Assembly (NCBI GenBank): GCA_050014195.1
Contig: JBEKDT010000001.1
Location: 32,001-96,000 of the forward strand
Length of the DNA: 64,000 bases
Origin: Desulfomonilia bacterium
GTDB lineage: Bacteria; Desulfobacterota; Desulfomonilia; UBA1062
Reading direction: 5' to 3'
Shown in pieces: positions 60,615-64,000 of this stretch. The notes below the pieces were generated by a model. That model searched no databases. It saw nothing but the letters and a program-made list of their open reading frames with translations, and was not told where the DNA came from. Positions within the stretch are counted from its first letter, which is position 1. Each line of letters begins with the position of its first letter. Position numbers and translations under genes: made by a program.

Positions 60615-61496
60615 ATGGCAAACGTATTCGAGATCGTGACCGAGCAGATTCTAAAACATTTATGTGCTGGTGTTATCCCCTGGAGAAAACCCTGGACTAG
60701 CAAGATCCGGCTTCCCCTTAACCTGGTGACCGGCAAGAAGTATCGAGGGATCAATGTATGGTTGCTCCTTGCTTCCAGCTATGCCTCTCCTTACTGGCTC
60801 ACCTTCAACCAGGCCAAGACCCTCGGAGGGACCATTAAGAAGGGAGAGAAAAGCTCCATCGTGGTTTTCTGGAACTTCAAAGAAGTGGATGAAGTAAACA
60901 AGGACACCAGCCAACTGGAAAAGAAGAACATCCCCTTCTTAAAGTATTACCGGGTATTCAATGCCCTGCAGTGTGAAGGGATCACCTATCCTGAGCAAGA
61001 GGAAGAGACACACACGGACCCCATAGCCGAAGCTGAGGCTATTATAGAAGGATATAAGGGAAGGCCTGAGATAAAGCACGGATTCACAAAGGCCTGCTAT
61101 AACTCTGTAGAGGATCTGATAAAGATGCCCAATAGGTCTGCATTCGTGAACCAGGAGGAATATTTTAGTGTACTATTCCATGAGGCAACCCACAGCACAG
61201 GCTTAGAAACTCGACTCAACCGGGAGACCTTGACCACACCAGCACCTTTCGGATCGAAGAACTACGCACGGGAAGAGCTTATAGCCGAGATGGGGGCTGC
61301 CTACCTGTGCGCAATCACCGGTATTGCCCATGCCACCATTGAGAACTCAGCGGCATATATCCAAGGGTGGAGGGACTCTATCAGCAAGGATTCAAAGCTC
61401 GTTGTCCTGGCCGCTGCCCAGGCCCAGAAAGCAGTCAACTACATCATGGGTAGGCAAGAAGAAGAGAACCACGAGGATGAAGTAGGGCATGGGTAA
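60615..61496 (+). CDS. ardC: ArdC antirestriction / ssDNA-binding protein with zincin domain
   Basis: PWRKPW, YRGIN, WLTFNQ, HEATH, YAREELIAE, AAYIQGW. Confidence 0.92.
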   Translation: MANVFEIVTEQILKHLCAGVIPWRKPWTSKIRLPLNLVTGKKYRGINVWLLLASSYASPYWLTFNQAKTLGGTIKKGEKSSIVVFWNFKEVDEVNKDTSQLEKKNIPFLKYYRVFNALQCEGITYPEQEEETHTDPIAEAEAIIEGYKGRPEIKHGFTKACYNSVEDLIKMPNRSAFVNQEEYFSVLFHEATHSTGLETRLNRETLTTPAPFGSKNYAREELIAEMGAAYLCAITGIAHATIENSAAYIQGWRDSISKDSKLVVLAAAQAQKAVNYIMGRQEEENHEDEVGHG

Positions 61497-61574
61497 TTCC
61501 CCTGCTCCCGGACGCGGCGCATGCGCCGCGTCCGCTTTATGCTGTTAGCTTTAATTCCGGGAAAACAGTGCCTA

Positions 61575-61748
61575 GCCTCTTTCACTTGCTATCAAAGCGT
61601 CCTGCCAACGGAGTTGTCATGCTGCTTGCAACGCTTCAGAGGCATCCAGGATGCCAAGGATTATTCAAGGTGGCTTCGCGACCTTATCATCCTTTTTTCC
61701 TAACCCCTTAAGGGTTTTGTGAAAGGGGTCAGGGAAAAATTGGTTTTT
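61575..61748 (+). repeat. Structured conserved-upstream element, copy 4
   Basis: TTGTCATGCTGCTTGCAACGCT core. Confidence 0.8.
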
Positions 61749-61795
61749 TGGGGAGGAACTCCCTGGAGGCCAATAATTTAAAGGGAGGAATATCC

Positions 61796-62572
61796 ATGAA
61801 TGATCTTTTGACTGAAATGAAAACCAGTGATCTCGTTACCGCCTATCAGCAAATGTTGGCCGATCTGGATGAGGCTTATGCAAGGCTCGTCAGGATAAAA
61901 GGACTCTATGAGAAGATCATAGGGGGACGGTTCTTCCCATGCAAGATAGGCCGTTATGATATGGATTTATACGACCCTGAAAGGGATAAAGAGGACTCAA
62001 GGAAGGGTGTACGGATTAACTGCTGGAAGGTCCTCTTTTCACGGATCAAGAACCTTCTTCCGGCCAGAGAAATTTCGAGTATCGAGAAGCAGCTTTCTGA
62101 TGGAAACGTACCCGAATTTACAGAGGAGAATATACACAAGCTGATGTTTTCCTTTATTACCCGGGGGGATGAGTTTAAAAAGCAGATGATTGAAGACGTA
62201 TTCAACTTCTTGAGGCCGCAAAGGACCGGACTCAAGACCAACCAGAGAACTGCCCTGAAAGAAAAAGCCATCATCCCGGGAATAATCGACCATAACAAGT
62301 ATTGGACAACCCTCTCAAGCTACAGAGAAGACAGTTTATGGGACATGGACAAGATATTTCATCTGCTGGATGGTGCAGGTATGCCAAAGTACCCGGGTAA
62401 TCTTCTCACAAGAATCAGAGACGCCATGAGGGAAATGAAATGGCAAACAGAAACAGAATACTTTGAATGCACATGGCATAAAAACGGAAACATGCATATC
62501 CGGTTCAAACGCATGGATTTAGTTTGCGAGATTAACAAGATTGCCGGATGTGACAAGCTGCAGTCAGTATAA
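61796..62572 (+). CDS. DUF4942-like protein
   Basis: PEFTEENI, VFNFL, KTN, KIFHLLDG, KNGNMHIRF...IN. Confidence 0.7.
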   Translation: MNDLLTEMKTSDLVTAYQQMLADLDEAYARLVRIKGLYEKIIGGRFFPCKIGRYDMDLYDPERDKEDSRKGVRINCWKVLFSRIKNLLPAREISSIEKQLSDGNVPEFTEENIHKLMFSFITRGDEFKKQMIEDVFNFLRPQRTGLKTNQRTALKEKAIIPGIIDHNKYWTTLSSYREDSLWDMDKIFHLLDGAGMPKYPGNLLTRIRDAMREMKWQTETEYFECTWHKNGNMHIRFKRMDLVCEINKIAGCDKLQSV

Positions 62573-62697
62573 AATCAAAGTTGCCCCCGGGTCTCCATGG
62601 AGACCCGGGGGCAAGGTCGCCTGAGATCTTATCTCGATTTGTGTTTGAGACAACAGTAGGAAGGACCACTTTGTGGCCCTGATTTCTTTAAATTATC

Positions 62698-62875
62698 GCC
62701 CCCTTCACTCGCTTCGATAAGCCTCACGCCAATGGAAAAATCCATTGTCATGAGGCTTGCAGCGCTCCAGGGGCTCATGAAATCTCAAGTTTATCAATGG
62801 ATGGCTCCGCAGTCTTTTGAATCATTTTTCTGAAACCCCTCAGGGCTTTGTGAAGGGGTTCAGGAAAAATGTTTT
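62698..62875 (+). repeat. Structured conserved-upstream element, copy 5
   Basis: AAGCCTCA...TTGTCATGAGGCTTGCAGCGCT core. Confidence 0.8.
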
Positions 62876-62904
62876 GGGAAAGCTTAAGTTTGAGGAGTTA
62901 TTCA

Positions 62905-63420
62905 ATGGGAGCTATCATTCAGAAGAAGGAACAGAACGATGAGAGTTGCACAAGCAGATCAAAACGTTCACGGGACCCTTTCTCCGAGTTTTACCATCAG
63001 ATTGAAGAAAAATATAAAGACATCCTTTCCATTTCAACGGAGGATGAACCCTATGAATATGTTTCCGGTATCGGTGACCTCTATGAAAAGATATTCAATT
63101 ATGAGATTCCTTCCCAGAAGCTCAATGACTTCCTAAGCAAAGTGAGTTGTGATCTAAAGCCATTGGCCATTCTGGATATCAAGGCAGCGATAGCCGATTG
63201 TCTTGGCGATATGATAGAAACGTATCGCTATGAATCGACAGAAGAGGGACATGTCATCGAAGACTACCTCGACGGTCTTCTCGAAATCGTCAGGAAGTAC
63301 GAAATATCAGCAGCAGATATGCAAAATACGATTGCCTCAACCCACAAAATAAAGGTCAAGAAAAAGGAAATACCCGGAGCTGGAAGAATAAGGCCGAAAC
63401 AGGCTGTATTATTCGACTAG
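62905..63420 (+). CDS. Hypothetical acidic protein
   Basis: GAGGAG RBS; preceded by repeat copy 5. Confidence 0.7.
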   Translation: MGAIIQKKEQNDESCTSRSKRSRDPFSEFYHQIEEKYKDILSISTEDEPYEYVSGIGDLYEKIFNYEIPSQKLNDFLSKVSCDLKPLAILDIKAAIADCLGDMIETYRYESTEEGHVIEDYLDGLLEIVRKYEISAADMQNTIASTHKIKVKKKEIPGAGRIRPKQAVLFD

Positions 63421-63438
63421 CTAACTTTTAGAGAATCA

Positions 63439-63693
63439 TTACCCCTTTGGCGGAAGGCCGAAGAGAGCCCGGTCATTATCACGGACCAGGAAGCCATCCA
63501 TGATCTTGATGAGCTCTTCCTCTTTGCCCTTGTATTTGACTTCGAGAAAGTAAGCTCCGATGAGGATCTTCTTCCGCGTGTCTGCGGCCCGTTCCACTTT
63601 CTTCAGGCGGGTCTTGGCATTGGAAATCTGTTGTTCGATCTTCTGTTTTTTCTGCAGAAGTTTTGTGAGTGAATCTGTCTTTTTTGGTTGCAT
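63439..63693 (-). CDS. MobS/TraD-like relaxosome accessory protein
   Basis: Coiled coil then ERAADTRKKILIGA...DRALFGL; divergent from the relaxase. Confidence 0.75.
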   Translation of the reverse strand: MQPKKTDSLTKLLQKKQKIEQQISNAKTRLKKVERAADTRKKILIGAYFLEVKYKGKEEELIKIMDGFLVRDNDRALFGLPPKG

Positions 63694-63874
63694 TCTGCCC
63701 TCTCAAAGTAATATAAATACAAATGTTGTTATGTTTTAATTTATGTGAGGTTAGATGTCAAGCGAGAGCACACCAAGGTTTTTCATGAGCCCGGTAGCGT
63801 ATCGGGATTTATCGTAACGTACGAGGCAATCCCCATGCATGAGCAGACCGAAGGGCCAAAAACTTTACGAAGGA

Positions 63875-63911
63875 AAGGCGCACATACATGTCGCAAGCGA
63901 CATATGCGCTC
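63875..63911 (-). other. MOB_Q-type oriT
   Basis: Minus strand IR ATGTCGC-tt-GCGACAT followed by TATGTG/CGCCTT, similar to RSF1010 TAAGTG/CGCCCT. Confidence 0.75.
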
Positions 63912-63939
63912 GGTGCTAAAGCTGAGGAAGAGGCATTAA

Positions 63940-64000
63940 ATGGCGTGTTATCATATCCAAGTTAAAATAATCAGCAGAGGTGGAGGCAAATGCGCCGTTT
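63940..64000 (+). CDS. MobA/MobL (MOB_Q) relaxase, N-terminus only (runs off the window)
   Basis: MACYHIQVKIISRGGGKCAV matches the MAIYHLxVKxISR motif. Confidence 0.8.
   Translation, partial: MACYHIQVKIISRGGGKCAV

Larger units (their letters stand above)
43658..64000. mobile_element. Integrative mobilizable element at tRNA-fMet (right end beyond the window)
   Basis: Integrase abutting the tRNA 3' end, AT-richer cargo, ardC, oriT, MOB_Q relaxase start. Confidence 0.85.

Overview
Bacterial chromosomal window, probably from an anaerobic Desulfobacterota/deltaproteobacterium-like organism (inferred from gene content: glycyl radical enzymes, superoxide reductase, a selenoprotein, NrpR, sigma-54 system). 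About 1-43.6 kb is mostly core/metabolic: yggS, an NrpR-type regulator, an operon with two glycyl radical enzymes plus one activase, a Sec-containing rhodanese, Tat-exported SOR, aconitase X pair, mepK/ycbB, hemW-lepA, thiolase/acyl-CoA synthetase, a two-component system and rarA, with a small AT-rich insert at 10.6-13.6 kb. From tRNA-fMet (43581-43657) to the window end lies an integrative mobilizable element: tyrosine integrase, a defence-like cargo block (DUF3800, HNH, HEPN-like, pentapeptide-channel, receiver pair, giant SF1 helicase-nuclease), a leading region (DUF2958, IS200, ardC, DUF4942), a mobS-like gene, a MOB_Q-type oriT and the start of a MobA/MobL relaxase. The most unusual signals are non-coding: (i) ~63-bp imperfect palindromes with an 8-bp variable core at the borders of foreign gene modules, inside and outside the element; (ii) integrase-less integron pieces (promoter/attI-like leaders, attC sites, cassettes) nested between those sites; (iii) five copies of a ~150-200-bp structured leader with covarying stems in front of the leading-region genes and the integrase. 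All calls come from reading motifs by eye; no database searches were run.
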